Origin: a bacterium | GTDB lineage: Bacteria > UBA8248 | Assembly (NCBI GenBank): GCA_965219955.1 | Contig: OZ244799.1 | Span: 1,440,001-1,504,000 of the forward strand | Reading direction: 5' to 3' | Length of the DNA: 64,000 nt | Notes under the pieces: generated by a model | What the model saw: only the letters and a program-made list of their open reading frames with translations | What the model was told of the DNA's origin: nothing | Database searches by the model: none | Position numbers and translations under genes: made by a program | Shown here: piece after piece, positions 38,807 through 48,901 of the stretch | How the letters are laid out: the number at the start of each line of letters is the position of its first letter | Position numbering within the stretch: the stretch's first letter is position 1

Positions 38807-39295
38807 TCAGCCCTCGAAATCGCCAAGCTCGCGCTGCAAGCGATTGTCCAGGGGATCATCCGAGGCGGATTTTTGCGGGGCTTCTCCCCTCTCCTCGCTT
38901 TGCCCGGCGTCGTCTGGGCGCTTCGTCCACGCCCTCACCAGGACGAATACCACGCCGAAACCCGCCAGCACCCCCCCGAAAGGAAGAAGCCAGGCGGTAA
39001 GATAAAAACCCTCCGCCGGTGGTTTCGGCAGGACTTCCCGGCCGTACACTTCGACGAAATACCGGACGATCTCCTCTTTCGTCTCACCGGAGAATATCTT
39101 GCGGCGCACGAGTTCGCGGAGCTGGGCGCCCTCGCTGCTCGGGCAGTCGTGGAGCAGTTTCCCCGGGCAGACGGGGCTCATCAGGGCGCCCGCCACTTCG
39201 GAGAAGGTGGTCTTCGCTCCAGGCGAGGCGGCCTCCACAGCCGGGTGCGCATTGAAAGCGACTACGAGACATAAGGCGAGAACAAATCGCATCAT
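38807..39295 (-). CDS. ccmH: CcmH/CycL-like cytochrome c maturation protein (variant cysteine motif)
   Basis: Signal peptide, LMSPVCPGKLLHDCPS, EEIVRYFVEVYGREVLPKP, WLLP TM helix; operon context. Confidence 0.8.
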   Translation of the reverse strand: MMRFVLALCLVVAFNAHPAVEAASPGAKTTFSEVAGALMSPVCPGKLLHDCPSSEGAQLRELVRRKIFSGETKEEIVRYFVEVYGREVLPKPPAEGFYLTAWLLPFGGVLAGFGVVFVLVRAWTKRPDDAGQSEERGEAPQKSASDDPLDNRLQRELGDFEG

Positions 39296-39426
39296 GGAGA
39301 ATCTCCCCCGGGGGCAAGTTTTTTCTCCTCCTCGATCAAAATATCCATCCGCGCCTTGAGAGTCCACCAGTAAATCGCAAAACCTCCCAAAACGACGATG
39401 TACGCCGCCGCCACGTAGCCCATCAT
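39292..39426 (-). CDS. ccmD: Heme exporter protein D
   Basis: MMGYVAAAYIVVLGGFAIYWWTLKARMD..., 44 aa, overlapping both ccmC and ccmH. Confidence 0.8.
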   Translation of the reverse strand: MMGYVAAAYIVVLGGFAIYWWTLKARMDILIEEEKKLAPGGDSP

Positions 39427-40121
39427 CCTTCCTCCCGCGCGGCGCGCGCCTCTTCCACCCGCGCGTTCAGACGCTCGATTTGCGCGCGCTTCCGGACGAA
39501 ACACACGAACAGGAGCGTAAAAGCCAGCAGGGAACTCCACAGCGCGACGTGCATGGAATCGGGCAGATCCCTCAGCCCGCCCGAGCGCATCACCACGGGC
39601 CTGGGATGGAGGGTGCGCCACCATTCCACCGACATGTGCACGATGGGCACGTTCAGAAAGCCCACAATCCCCATCACGGCGGCGAAACGCGCCCTCTGCT
39701 CCGGTTCCGTCATGTAGGCGCGCAGCATCAGATACCCCACGTATATCATCCAGAGAATGAGCGTGGTGGTGAGCCGCGCGTCCCACGTCCACCACACGCC
39801 CCATACAGGGCGGGCCCAGATGGGCCCGGTGATCAGCACCAGCGTGCAGAAAACCACCCCCGCTTCCGCGCAGGCGTGCGCGCGGATGTCGTCGTCCGGA
39901 TTCCTTTTCGCCAGATATTTGATCGAGAAAATGAACACCAGGAAAAAGGCCAGATACGCCACCCAGGCCGATGGCACGTGGATGTAGAATATACGCTGCG
40001 GCGGCCCCTGGAGCCTGTCGGTGCCGGCGATGAAGAAATCCGCGAAAATGGCGAAAGCGAGAATGCCCAGGGTGAGAACCGGCAACCACCCGAACACTCC
40101 CCCCTCGTTTCGGCGCATCAA
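39423..40121 (-). CDS. ccmC: Heme exporter protein C
   Basis: IFYIHVP, WARPVWGVWWTWDARLT (WWD domain), WWRTLHP. Confidence 0.95.
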   Translation of the reverse strand: MMRRNEGGVFGWLPVLTLGILAFAIFADFFIAGTDRLQGPPQRIFYIHVPSAWVAYLAFFLVFIFSIKYLAKRNPDDDIRAHACAEAGVVFCTLVLITGPIWARPVWGVWWTWDARLTTTLILWMIYVGYLMLRAYMTEPEQRARFAAVMGIVGFLNVPIVHMSVEWWRTLHPRPVVMRSGGLRDLPDSMHVALWSSLLAFTLLFVCFVRKRAQIERLNARVEEARAAREEG

Positions 40122-40197
40122 GCGCTCCTCCCGGCGGCGCAGGACAGCGGCAATATATAAAGTGATTCAATAAATATAATAGCATAATTCATTGATA

Positions 40198-40887
40198 TTA
40201 TTCTTCTAATATGTATTCGAACACCATCGAAGCGGCCACCAAGAATACCACATCATACACCAACATCAAGCGAATCCAATCCCTGGAATCCGCCCATCCG
40301 CCGCCGCCGAGATGCGCTTCCGTCGCCTTGACGGCGGCGATCAGAACGGGCACGAGAACGGGAAACATCAAAACGGGCAGCAAGACCTCGCGCGTCCGCG
40401 TGCGCGCGCTCATGGCGGAGAACAATGTGCCGGCAGCAGCGACTCCCAAGGTGGCCGAGGCAGCGATGAGCGCGAGCGCACCGGCCGACTTCCACACATC
40501 CGCACGATAGAGAACCGCCAAAACGGCGAAGCCCACAAACTCCATGATTCCCATCAAAACGGCGACGGACAGCACTTTGCCCAGATACAACGCGGAAGGA
40601 TCGGCGGGGCTCGCGTACATGGCCGAAAAACCTGTGCTCTCGCGCTCCACGCCCATGGTACGGGACAGCCCGACGACGCAGGCGAACAGGAACGATATCC
40701 ACAAGATTCCCGCCTGGACGGCCCGCGCGTTCTCCCCGCTCCCTCCCCCCGGGCCGAAGGCGAAGCTGAACAGCGTGAGCACAAGCAGCGCAAAAACCAC
40801 CATGACGAGGAGACTTTCCTTCGTCCGCCATTCGAGGCGCAAGTCCTTTTCCACCACCGCTGAGAGGACGGAAAAAAAACGCCTCAT
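40198..40887 (-). CDS. ccmB: Heme exporter protein B
   Basis: KDLRLEWR, REVLLPVLMFPVLVP. Confidence 0.92.
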   Translation of the reverse strand: MRRFFSVLSAVVEKDLRLEWRTKESLLVMVVFALLVLTLFSFAFGPGGGSGENARAVQAGILWISFLFACVVGLSRTMGVERESTGFSAMYASPADPSALYLGKVLSVAVLMGIMEFVGFAVLAVLYRADVWKSAGALALIAASATLGVAAAGTLFSAMSARTRTREVLLPVLMFPVLVPVLIAAVKATEAHLGGGGWADSRDWIRLMLVYDVVFLVAASMVFEYILEE

Positions 40888-41588
40888 GCCGAACCTCCGG
40901 GGTATCCATCGAGCGCGGCCAGCACTCCTTCTTCGCTCGAATTTTGAACATCCTCCTCATAGACGAGCCTGCCCCCGGCCAGAACGGCGATTCTCCCCGC
41001 CACCTCAAAGGCTTTAGCTACATCGTGCGTCGTGAACACCACGATGTAGTCACGAAGATCCCGCATCAACTCGATTACACTCTTCAAGCGTTCCACCGCG
41101 TTCGCGTCCAGACCGGAAAACGGCTCATCGAGCAGCACGACCTCGGGTGTATGCAAAAGCGTGCGCATAAACGCCGCGCGCTGTCTGAGCCCCTGGCTCA
41201 AGACGCGCACGGGCTCATCCAGGCGTTCCTCCATTTCGAGCGTGCCCGCCAATAGAACCATACGCGTCAGCATTGCTTTGCGCTCCACGCCGAATAGCCT
41301 GGCGAAGTATTCGAGGTTCTCCCGGACCGTCAGTCCCTCATAGAGCATGGGCTCGTGCGAGAGCAGGCCGATTCTGCCCCTCGCCTCGCGGGAGATTGGC
41401 TCGCCGGACAGGCGCACCGCCCCTTCGGTCGGCTGCAGCAAACCGGCCAGCGTCTTGAGAAGGGTGGTCTTGCCCGAGCCGTTCTTGCCGAGAAGAGCCA
41501 GCGTTTCTCCCGGGGAGACGGACAGGTTCAACTCCTTGAGCGCCCACCTCCACCCGTAGCGCCTGGATACGCCAAGAGCCTCCAGCAC
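40884..41588 (-). CDS. ccmA: Heme ABC exporter ATPase
   Basis: GKNGSGKT, LSQGLRQR, LDEPFSGLD; upstream of ccmB; GTG start estimated. Confidence 0.88.
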   Translation of the reverse strand: MLEALGVSRRYGWRWALKELNLSVSPGETLALLGKNGSGKTTLLKTLAGLLQPTEGAVRLSGEPISREARGRIGLLSHEPMLYEGLTVRENLEYFARLFGVERKAMLTRMVLLAGTLEMEERLDEPVRVLSQGLRQRAAFMRTLLHTPEVVLLDEPFSGLDANAVERLKSVIELMRDLRDYIVVFTTHDVAKAFEVAGRIAVLAGGRLVYEEDVQNSSEEGVLAALDGYPGGSA

Positions 41589-41601
41589 GGCATCCGCCCT
41601 C

Positions 41602-42504
41602 TTATTCCGAGAGTTCTTTGAGGCGCTCGAAGCGCGGGGCGCGCTCCCGGGCATATTCGCTTGAGGTGATTTCTCCCGACGCGAGCCTGTCATCGAGTGA
41701 AGCGATGGCGCGCAGTATCTCCTCGCGCTCCACCTGAGCGGAGTAGGCCGTGTTCCTTCTTTTGCGGATGTAAAGCCCAAGCCCCAGACTCAAGACGACC
41801 ACGACGCCTCCTACGACGTAGAATACTCCGAGGCCGCCCATCGAATCGGGCGCCTGCATGTCGATGCGCACCAGCGTACCCGCTCTGGCCGTCCCCACGA
41901 AACGGTTGTATTCGCGGCTCTGAAACTCGACGGCCGGCTGCGCGGCGAAACCGATAGCCTGCGCCTGCACGCGGTCTTTCTCCGGCAGGACGGCGAAGCT
42001 CGGCGTGTCGTAGAGAATCGGCCTCTCCACCCTGATGCCGCCGAATTCATCCTCCAGGCGATAGAGCAGGACGATGAATTTCCGCCCCGGCGGGATAGGC
42101 TCCGTCGTGCGGAGTTCATCCCCCACCGAAGTGAGGAATTTGGGGTCGAGTCCTGCGGGCGCAGCGCCCCAGCGCGCTCTGGGATTTCTGATGTTGCTGC
42201 TTCTGGGCAACGCAAAGCGCAGCGTGGGAGCGCCGCCTTTCGAGACGATGGTGGCGCTGCCCTCGTTCTCGAAATCCATCATTTCCATGACTTCGAAAAA
42301 ACCTTTCTCCAGCCGGACGGTGAGGATGTTGCGCTTGAGTTTGAGCCGGGAGAGGTCCGTCGTCGTGGGACCCGAGACTGCAGTTTTCGTTTTGGGCGGC
42401 GCAGCCTGGAGCTTCGCCGATCCCGCATAAGACAAGGAGGGCGAAGAAAACAGCCAGAACATGCCCAGGGCGATCAGGCAGCATGTGGCGGCGATGCGTT
42501 TCAA
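41602..42504 (-). CDS. Hypothetical exported protein with C-terminal TM helix and short CcmI/SHOCT-like tail
   Basis: Signal peptide, beta-rich domain, TM helix, then REEILRAIASLDDRLASGEI; embedded in the ccm operon. Confidence 0.6.
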   Translation of the reverse strand: MKRIAATCCLIALGMFWLFSSPSLSYAGSAKLQAAPPKTKTAVSGPTTTDLSRLKLKRNILTVRLEKGFFEVMEMMDFENEGSATIVSKGGAPTLRFALPRSSNIRNPRARWGAAPAGLDPKFLTSVGDELRTTEPIPPGRKFIVLLYRLEDEFGGIRVERPILYDTPSFAVLPEKDRVQAQAIGFAAQPAVEFQSREYNRFVGTARAGTLVRIDMQAPDSMGGLGVFYVVGGVVVVLSLGLGLYIRKRRNTAYSAQVEREEILRAIASLDDRLASGEITSSEYARERAPRFERLKELSE

Positions 42505-43109
42505 CTGAGCCGGCGCCCACAGGCGGCGCAGAAATTGTCTGCTTCTTCAACCGCGTTTCCGCAAGAAGCGCAAAACCGGGGTTTCATGCTTTTCTCTTGC
42601 TCATCCGGTGACGGATCGGCTGGCTCGTCCCCCGATTTGCCCAGATTTTTTCTGTAGCCCAGGATCTCCGCCTCCAGGCGCTCATCGAGCGTGGGTGGTT
42701 TCTCGACCGCGGCTTTCCCGGAAGGCGGATGTTCGGTTTCGAGCCGGGCCGCCGCTTGAGCCGCCTCTCGCTCGTTCATCTGCAGGGGCGCCATCCCCTC
42801 CTTCACTCCCCTGGCGTCGAGGCGTCTCAGCACCTCCACCGCCTGCGCCCGGGCGGGCGCCATCATCTGGGCGTAGTCTTCATCCGAGAGCTTGCCCATT
42901 TCCCTGTCGAACTCGATGTCCATGATGTTCTTGTAGGCCTGCTCGCGCTCCATAAACAGCCGCGTCAACTCGCGGTTCGAAAGCGGCTGCGCGCTATCCT
43001 CATCCGGCAAGACGCCCTGGGCCGTCTGAGGGCGCATGATGGGCCAGATGGTGTAGAAAAATGCCGCGCCCACGGCTCCCAAAGCGATGACGGCCCCCAG
43101 GATTTCCAT
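42501..43109 (-). CDS. CcmI N-terminal-like membrane protein with zinc ribbon
   Basis: TM helix, DIEFDREMGKLSDEDY, C-terminal FCASCG...FCAACG. Confidence 0.7.
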   Translation of the reverse strand: MEILGAVIALGAVGAAFFYTIWPIMRPQTAQGVLPDEDSAQPLSNRELTRLFMEREQAYKNIMDIEFDREMGKLSDEDYAQMMAPARAQAVEVLRRLDARGVKEGMAPLQMNEREAAQAAARLETEHPPSGKAAVEKPPTLDERLEAEILGYRKNLGKSGDEPADPSPDEQEKSMKPRFCASCGNAVEEADNFCAACGRRLS

Positions 43110-43112
43110 GGC

Positions 43113-45077
43113 TCAAGCCCGCTTTTTTCTTCGCCTGCCCCAGCGCTCCGGCAGGAAGCAAACGATGGAACCGAGCGTGAAGACGACGCCTCCCGCCCAC
43201 ACCCAGTTCACCAGCGGGTTGACCATGAACTTGAACGTGGCCGTTCCGTCAGGGTCCGCCTCGGCGAAGACCGCGTAGATGTCCGAACGCGCCCCCCGGC
43301 GGATGCCGGGCTCCGTCGTCGGCTGCGGGGGCGTGAAGTAGAGCCTTTTCTCCGGCTCCACCTCCCCGATGCGGTACCCTGCCCGGTAAACGCCCAGGCG
43401 CGCGAAGGCGGAGCGGTATTGCGGCGTCGTGTTCTCGCGAATCCCCTCGTAGCGCATCCGCACGCCGTCGAGCGCGAAACTCTCGCCCAGGCGCAGGCGC
43501 ACCTCGCCCACCTCCTGATAGGCGGAGGAGGCCGCCACGCCCACGAACAGGATCGCCATCCCCAGGTGGACGATGTAGCCCCCGAAGCGCCTCTTGTTGC
43601 GCATGGTGAGCTCCCACGCGGCCCGGGCGATGCGCTCTCCCTGGTGACGCACGCGCGAGGAGATGCCCCGCCAGTACTCCAAAGCGATCGTCCCCACAAC
43701 GAACGCGGAAAGCCCGAACGCGAGCGCCGCGTAGACGTGGTGAACGCCGAAGAGCACCAGGACGAGAAGAGCGCCCAACGCCACCACGGAGGGATAGACG
43801 AAACTCCGGTTCATCTGTTTCCGGGAGGTCCTGCGCCATGCGAAAAGAGGGCCCGCGCCGCAAAGCAAAATCAGCAGAAGACCTATCGGCACGTTCACCT
43901 GATTGAAGAACGGCGGACCCACGGTGACCTTGACGCCCTTCACGGCTTCCGAGACGACCGGGAAAATCGTCCCCCAGAAGACGGCGAACGTGATGCCGAC
44001 GAGCACGACGTTGTTCAGCAGAAAGCTCGCTTCGCGCGAGAAGAAGCTCTCCATCTCGTGTTCGCTCTGGAGCCGGGGCAGACGCCAGATCATCAGCCCG
44101 AAGGATATGACGAGGGCCACCAGCAGATAGACCAGAAACGCCCAGCCGAACGATGAGTTCGCAAAGGCGTGCACGCTCGATATGATGCCGCTTCTCGTGA
44201 GGAACGTGCCGAAAATCGTGAGCGCGTAGGTGATGATGATGAGCGAGACGTTCCAGACCTTCAGCATCCCGCGTTTTTCCTGGATCATCACCGAGTGGAG
44301 AAAAGCGGTTCCCACCAGCCAGGGCATGAGGCTCGCGTTCTCCACCGGGTCCCACGCCCAGTATCCGCCCCAGCCGAGTTCCTTGTAGGCCCATGCGCCG
44401 CCGAGCAGGATGCCGACTCCGTTGAAGAACCAGGCGAACAGCGTCCAGCGGCGCGTCGAGGTGATCCAGTCGGTGTCGAGCTTTCCGCTCGCCAGAGCGC
44501 CGATGCAAAAGGCGAACGGGACGGCGAAACCCACATAGCCCAGGTACAGGTTGGGCGGGTGGATCACCATCCCCCAGTCCTGGAGCAGCGGGTTCAGGCC
44601 TCTTCCGTCCGCAGGCGGGGCGGCGAGGGTATCGAAGGGCGGGGTGACGAAGTTCAGGATCACCAGGAAGAACAGCGCCGTGGCCATCAGCGTGGACGTC
44701 ACATACGGCATCAATTCGAGATTTCTGTCGCGGTTTTGCCGGATGACGACAAACGCGTAAACGCACAAGAGCAGGAGCCACATCAGCAGGCTCCCCTCCT
44801 GCCCTCCCCAGAAAGCGCTGAAGCGATAGAAGCCGTTCAGCGTGTTGTTGACGTGCCCCGCGACGTATTCCACGCGGTAGTCGCGCACCATGAGCAGATA
44901 GACGAGACACGCGCTCGCGCCGCTCACCAGCCAGAAAACACCGACGGCGGCGTTTCTGCCTGCCGCGACGAGGTCTGCCCTGCGCCTTAGCGCGCCGAAA
45001 ATGGAAGCCCCGATCCCGAACACCGCCAGGACGAGCGACGCCAGCAAACTGTAATGTCCGAACTGAATGGCGATCAA
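43113..45077 (-). CDS. ccmF: Cytochrome c heme lyase CcmF
   Basis: WGGQEGSLL, GLNPLLQ, IHPP, WAYKELGWGGYWAWDPVENAS, SVHAF. Confidence 0.96.
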   Translation of the reverse strand: MIAIQFGHYSLLASLVLAVFGIGASIFGALRRRADLVAAGRNAAVGVFWLVSGASACLVYLLMVRDYRVEYVAGHVNNTLNGFYRFSAFWGGQEGSLLMWLLLLCVYAFVVIRQNRDRNLELMPYVTSTLMATALFFLVILNFVTPPFDTLAAPPADGRGLNPLLQDWGMVIHPPNLYLGYVGFAVPFAFCIGALASGKLDTDWITSTRRWTLFAWFFNGVGILLGGAWAYKELGWGGYWAWDPVENASLMPWLVGTAFLHSVMIQEKRGMLKVWNVSLIIITYALTIFGTFLTRSGIISSVHAFANSSFGWAFLVYLLVALVISFGLMIWRLPRLQSEHEMESFFSREASFLLNNVVLVGITFAVFWGTIFPVVSEAVKGVKVTVGPPFFNQVNVPIGLLLILLCGAGPLFAWRRTSRKQMNRSFVYPSVVALGALLVLVLFGVHHVYAALAFGLSAFVVGTIALEYWRGISSRVRHQGERIARAAWELTMRNKRRFGGYIVHLGMAILFVGVAASSAYQEVGEVRLRLGESFALDGVRMRYEGIRENTTPQYRSAFARLGVYRAGYRIGEVEPEKRLYFTPPQPTTEPGIRRGARSDIYAVFAEADPDGTATFKFMVNPLVNWVWAGGVVFTLGSIVCFLPERWGRRRKKRA

Positions 45078-45150
45078 CTGAGAACTCCCGGGGTGGAGCG
45101 GATTTTCAAGACGACATGAGGGACATGGTCCGTTTTCGCGGGCTTTTCAG

Positions 45151-45627
45151 CTACCTGGCCTCTGACATCTGCTTGCGCTTCGCGGCATCTTTCATCAAGG
45201 CCTCGTGATCCGTCGGCATGCTCTCACCCGCATCTTTCATCTCCTCGAACTTCGAGGGGCACGCGACCATCAGGTTCTTCGCCACCAGGACCCCCTTGGC
45301 GTCCAGCTTTCCCTCGGCGATGACCGGAAACCCGTTTTCGAGCAAATCGGGGGGAACCCCCTTGTAGCTCACGGGCAAGGTCCCCTTCTCACCCTGTATA
45401 TGAAAGGCGAGCAACATGGCGTCGGGATTTTTCTGAAGCGTTCTGGGCACGATCTTGCCCTGCACCCTGATGCCGCGGCCGCCCAGGGTCGGCGCCTTCC
45501 GGGACACCTCATCCACGGTCAGGAAATACACCAGGTTCTCGCTCTGAAAACCCGAGATGGCCAGATAGGCGAACGCGCTCAGGATGACTGCGCCCGCGAT
45601 GAGAAATTTGATTTTCTGAACGCTCAT
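45151..45627 (-). CDS. ccmE: Heme chaperone CcmE, Cys-type variant (CPSKF)
   Basis: VYFLTVDE, IRVQG, VSYKGVPPDL, VIAEG, then CPSKF where HxxxY/CxxxY is expected. Confidence 0.9.
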   Translation of the reverse strand: MSVQKIKFLIAGAVILSAFAYLAISGFQSENLVYFLTVDEVSRKAPTLGGRGIRVQGKIVPRTLQKNPDAMLLAFHIQGEKGTLPVSYKGVPPDLLENGFPVIAEGKLDAKGVLVAKNLMVACPSKFEEMKDAGESMPTDHEALMKDAAKRKQMSEAR

Positions 45628-45793
45628 CCATTCCCTCTCGGCGGCCAAGAAAAGCGTCTTTCAAGAATACGACGCTCCTTCGTTTCTTTCAACCGGTTCG
45701 AGAACATAGCCCCCAGGCAATTCGACATTTTTCAAAGAAATACCGGCGGAGCCGCACGAACTCCGCCGGTCGGGACGTCTCCCGAATTCTCTC

Positions 45794-46831
45794 TTATTTC
45801 ACTTCCCGTTCCTCGATCCACGGCATCATGGCGCGCAGACGGCGGCCGACGATCTCGATGTCGTGCTCCTTCTCCTTGCGCACCACCGTGTTGAACGTCG
45901 GGCGGTTCACCATGTTCTCGTTGATCCACTCGCTGGCGAATCTCCCGGTCTGGATGTCGCGCAGGATGCCGCGCATCCGCTCGCGCGTCGCATCGTCGAT
46001 GACGACCTTGCCCCGCGTGATGTCCCCGTACTCGGCGGTATCGGAAACCGAATAGCGCATCATGGTGATGCCGCCCTGGTAAATCAGGTCGGTGATCAGC
46101 TTCACCTCGTGCAAACATTCGAAATACGCCAGCGCGGGCTGATAGCCGGCCTCCACGAGGGTTTCGAACGCGACGCGAATCAACTCGGTGATGCCGCCGC
46201 ACAGCACGGCCTGCTCGCCGAAGAGGTCCGTCTCGGTCTCCTCCTCGATGGTCGTCTCGATGATGCCGGCGCGGGCGCAGCCCACCGCCTTGCCGTAAGC
46301 CAGGGCGCAGTCCTTCGCCTTTCCCGTGGCGTCCTGGAAGACGGCCACCAGCCCCGGCACGCCGCGCCCGTCCTCGTACTGGAACCGCATGGTGTGGCCC
46401 GGGCTTTTGGGCGCGATCATCACGACGTCGATGTTCTCGGGGGGAATGATTTGCCCGTAATTCAGGTTGAACCCATGGGCGACCACCAGGGCGTCGCCGT
46501 CTTTCATGTTGGGCGCGATGTCCGCATTCCAGATAGCCGGCTGCAGGTGATCCTGTGTGAGGATGACCACCATGTCGCCCGCCTCGGCCGCTTCGGCCGT
46601 CTCCATCACCTCGAGGCCGTCGTCTTCGGCCTGCTTCCAGCGCGGAGAGGTTTTCCTGAGACCCACGACGACGTCCGCGCCGCTGTCCTGTGCGTTCAGC
46701 GCATGGGCGCGCCCCTGGCTTCCGTAACCGATGACGGCGATTTTTCTGTTCTGCAGCAGATTCAGGTCCGCATCGGCGTCATAGTAGATTTTCAGGTCTT
46801 TCAACAACTGTTCTTCATTCACTTCACTCAT
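45794..46831 (-). CDS. ilvC: Ketol-acid reductoisomerase
   Basis: [45 protein letters not shown]. Confidence 0.97.
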   Translation of the reverse strand: MSEVNEEQLLKDLKIYYDADADLNLLQNRKIAVIGYGSQGRAHALNAQDSGADVVVGLRKTSPRWKQAEDDGLEVMETAEAAEAGDMVVILTQDHLQPAIWNADIAPNMKDGDALVVAHGFNLNYGQIIPPENIDVVMIAPKSPGHTMRFQYEDGRGVPGLVAVFQDATGKAKDCALAYGKAVGCARAGIIETTIEEETETDLFGEQAVLCGGITELIRVAFETLVEAGYQPALAYFECLHEVKLITDLIYQGGITMMRYSVSDTAEYGDITRGKVVIDDATRERMRGILRDIQTGRFASEWINENMVNRPTFNTVVRKEKEHDIEIVGRRLRAMMPWIEEREVK

Positions 46832-46956
46832 GGCCTTTGGCCCTCCAGGATTCGCAGCCCTCGCCGCGCCATCAAAAAACGATCCACATGGTTCGGAAAA
46901 AACACCTCATTATAGAATTCGGTTTCTTGCGGAAAACCGCTGAAAAAAGAGACCCT

Positions 46957-46985
46957 AATCTAGGAGCAGGAAGCGGGAGCGTCAA
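46957..46985 (-). promoter_or_regulatory. Possible sigma70 promoter of ilvC
   Basis: Minus strand: TTGACG, 17 nt, TAGATT. Confidence 0.5.
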
Positions 46986-47121
46986 GGCGCTCAGAACATC
47001 GGGCGCGAATTCCAAAAACACCCGGTCCCCCTCCCGAACCCGCCCCCTCGAAAGCCCCCGGCGAATACCACCAACCCTATGACGGAAGCGTCTCGCTCCT
47101 CACCAGAGGCCCGGGAGACGC

Positions 47122-47155
47122 AAAAAAAGCCGAAGCAATGCGCCCCGGCTTTTTT
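47122..47155 (-). terminator. Intrinsic terminator after the desaturase gene
   Basis: AAAAAAAGCCG...CGGCTTTTTT stem with A/T tracts on both sides. Confidence 0.7.
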
Positions 47156-47166
47156 CGAGTTGTCTT

Positions 47167-48573
47167 CTATACCGCAGAGGAAATGACGGGCCTTTCGATT
47201 CCCTTGAACGCAACCGCAATCTCATCGGCCGCCTTGGAGGCCGCATCGCTCGCTTCCTGCGCGAGCGACTTCGCTCTTTCAGCCGCCTGATGGGCGGATT
47301 CCGTCGCCCTGTCCTTCGCATCCGCCAGATACGCGCTCGCCTGTGCGGAGAACTCGCCGGCTTCCGCCGCGGCGTATTTCGCCTGCTCGACGGCCGCCAT
47401 CGCCATGTCCTTGCCCTTCTCCAGCATCTGGCGAACGGCCTGATCGGCGTCGTCTTTCTTGTGTTTCAGCGCAACGGAGGCGTGCGAGAGCGCCGCATCG
47501 ACCGATTCCATGGCCTTCCGGGCCGATTCCACCGCGGCCTCGCTCGCTTCCGTCAAAGAAGGCATTTCGGGGACTTCGAGCGGCATCGTCGGATCGGTCA
47601 TCGTGTGGAGCACTTCGGCGCGGGCGTCCTCTGTATCCAACCTTCTCGCCTCGGAGGCGCGCAAGCCCTCCTCGTCCACCATGATGTCGAGCCTTTTCGC
47701 CACGACCCGCTGGCTCGGCTCCCTCACCCCCCAGACAAGGCCGAAGAGTTCCATGATCTTGATGAGCCGGTAGGTGATGTCCACCTCGAACCACCTCTGG
47801 CCGTGGGCGGCCGAGCGCTGATCCGCATGGTGGTTGTTATGCCAACCCTCGCCGAAGGAGAAGATTGCGACGAGCCAGTTATTGGTGCTCTCCTCGTCCG
47901 TGTTGTAGTTTCGGTAGCCGAAGGTGTGCGTCACCGAATTCACCGCCCAGGTGCAGTGCCACAAAACGACCGTTCGCACGAACACGCCCCAGACGAGCCA
48001 GGACATGCCCAGGCCGCCGTACACTTCCCCGGCGAAGTAAATGGCAACCGCCGTCAGGACATAGATGGGGAAAAAGAACATGTCGAAAAAGCGCTGCCAC
48101 TTGTCGCGGTGCAAATCCTTGGCGAAGCGCGAATACTCCTGGTAGGTGTGCGCGTCCGGCAGGCTGACGAAAAGCCATCCGGCGTGCGCCCAAAGAAAAT
48201 TCACGAGCGGGGAATGGGGGTCGGGCTCCTCGTCCGATTCCTTGTGGTGAATGCGGTGCATCGCCACCCATTCGATGGGTCCGCTCTGAAGCGCCTGGCA
48301 GGCGCAAAACGTCAAAAAATACTCCACCGGTTTATACGTCTGGAAACTCCTGTGCGTCAGGAGCCGGTGGTAGGACATCGTCACGCCCACCATACCGGCG
48401 ACGAAATACATCACGATTCCCAACACGAGGCCGGAAACGCTGAAATAGCTCGAGTCAAAAGCCATCAGGGCGAGCAGATGAATCACCCCGATGATGAAAA
48501 TCGTCTCCCACTGCAGCTTTCTTTCGGCTTTTCGGTGAATCGCGAGGCTGGGTTTCTGCGGCGCGGTAGACAA
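47167..48573 (-). CDS. Delta-9-type acyl-lipid/acyl-CoA desaturase with long helical C-terminal extension
   Basis: His boxes HRLLTH, HRIHH, GEGWHNNHH; Ala/Glu/Lys-rich tail after about aa 295. Confidence 0.9.
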   Translation of the reverse strand: MSTAPQKPSLAIHRKAERKLQWETIFIIGVIHLLALMAFDSSYFSVSGLVLGIVMYFVAGMVGVTMSYHRLLTHRSFQTYKPVEYFLTFCACQALQSGPIEWVAMHRIHHKESDEEPDPHSPLVNFLWAHAGWLFVSLPDAHTYQEYSRFAKDLHRDKWQRFFDMFFFPIYVLTAVAIYFAGEVYGGLGMSWLVWGVFVRTVVLWHCTWAVNSVTHTFGYRNYNTDEESTNNWLVAIFSFGEGWHNNHHADQRSAAHGQRWFEVDITYRLIKIMELFGLVWGVREPSQRVVAKRLDIMVDEEGLRASEARRLDTEDARAEVLHTMTDPTMPLEVPEMPSLTEASEAAVESARKAMESVDAALSHASVALKHKKDDADQAVRQMLEKGKDMAMAAVEQAKYAAAEAGEFSAQASAYLADAKDRATESAHQAAERAKSLAQEASDAASKAADEIAVAFKGIERPVISSAV

Positions 48574-48901
48574 ATTATTTCCCCCATTCTCAAATATCTG
48601 TCAGGGTATCGTGGAACTTCATTTTAGATATGATCGGGCGATGTGCCGAGACAACCTTTCATCGACCTCAGACACTGTGATGATTCGCGGTTATCATGGG
48701 CCAGAAGGAAGCAGAAATCAAGCCCCCCAGAAGAAACCACTCCTCCTGCAGCCGAATCTTTCACTCATTTTCACCAAAGCCGATCGTGTGGACTCGACAC
48801 AGGGCAAATAAGGAGAATTCGGCGTTCCGCATTGTCATTTTGCCGATTCTCCCGTAAGAAACGAATTTCATAACCACACGTCATCCTGCGAGGAGAACAC
48901 C

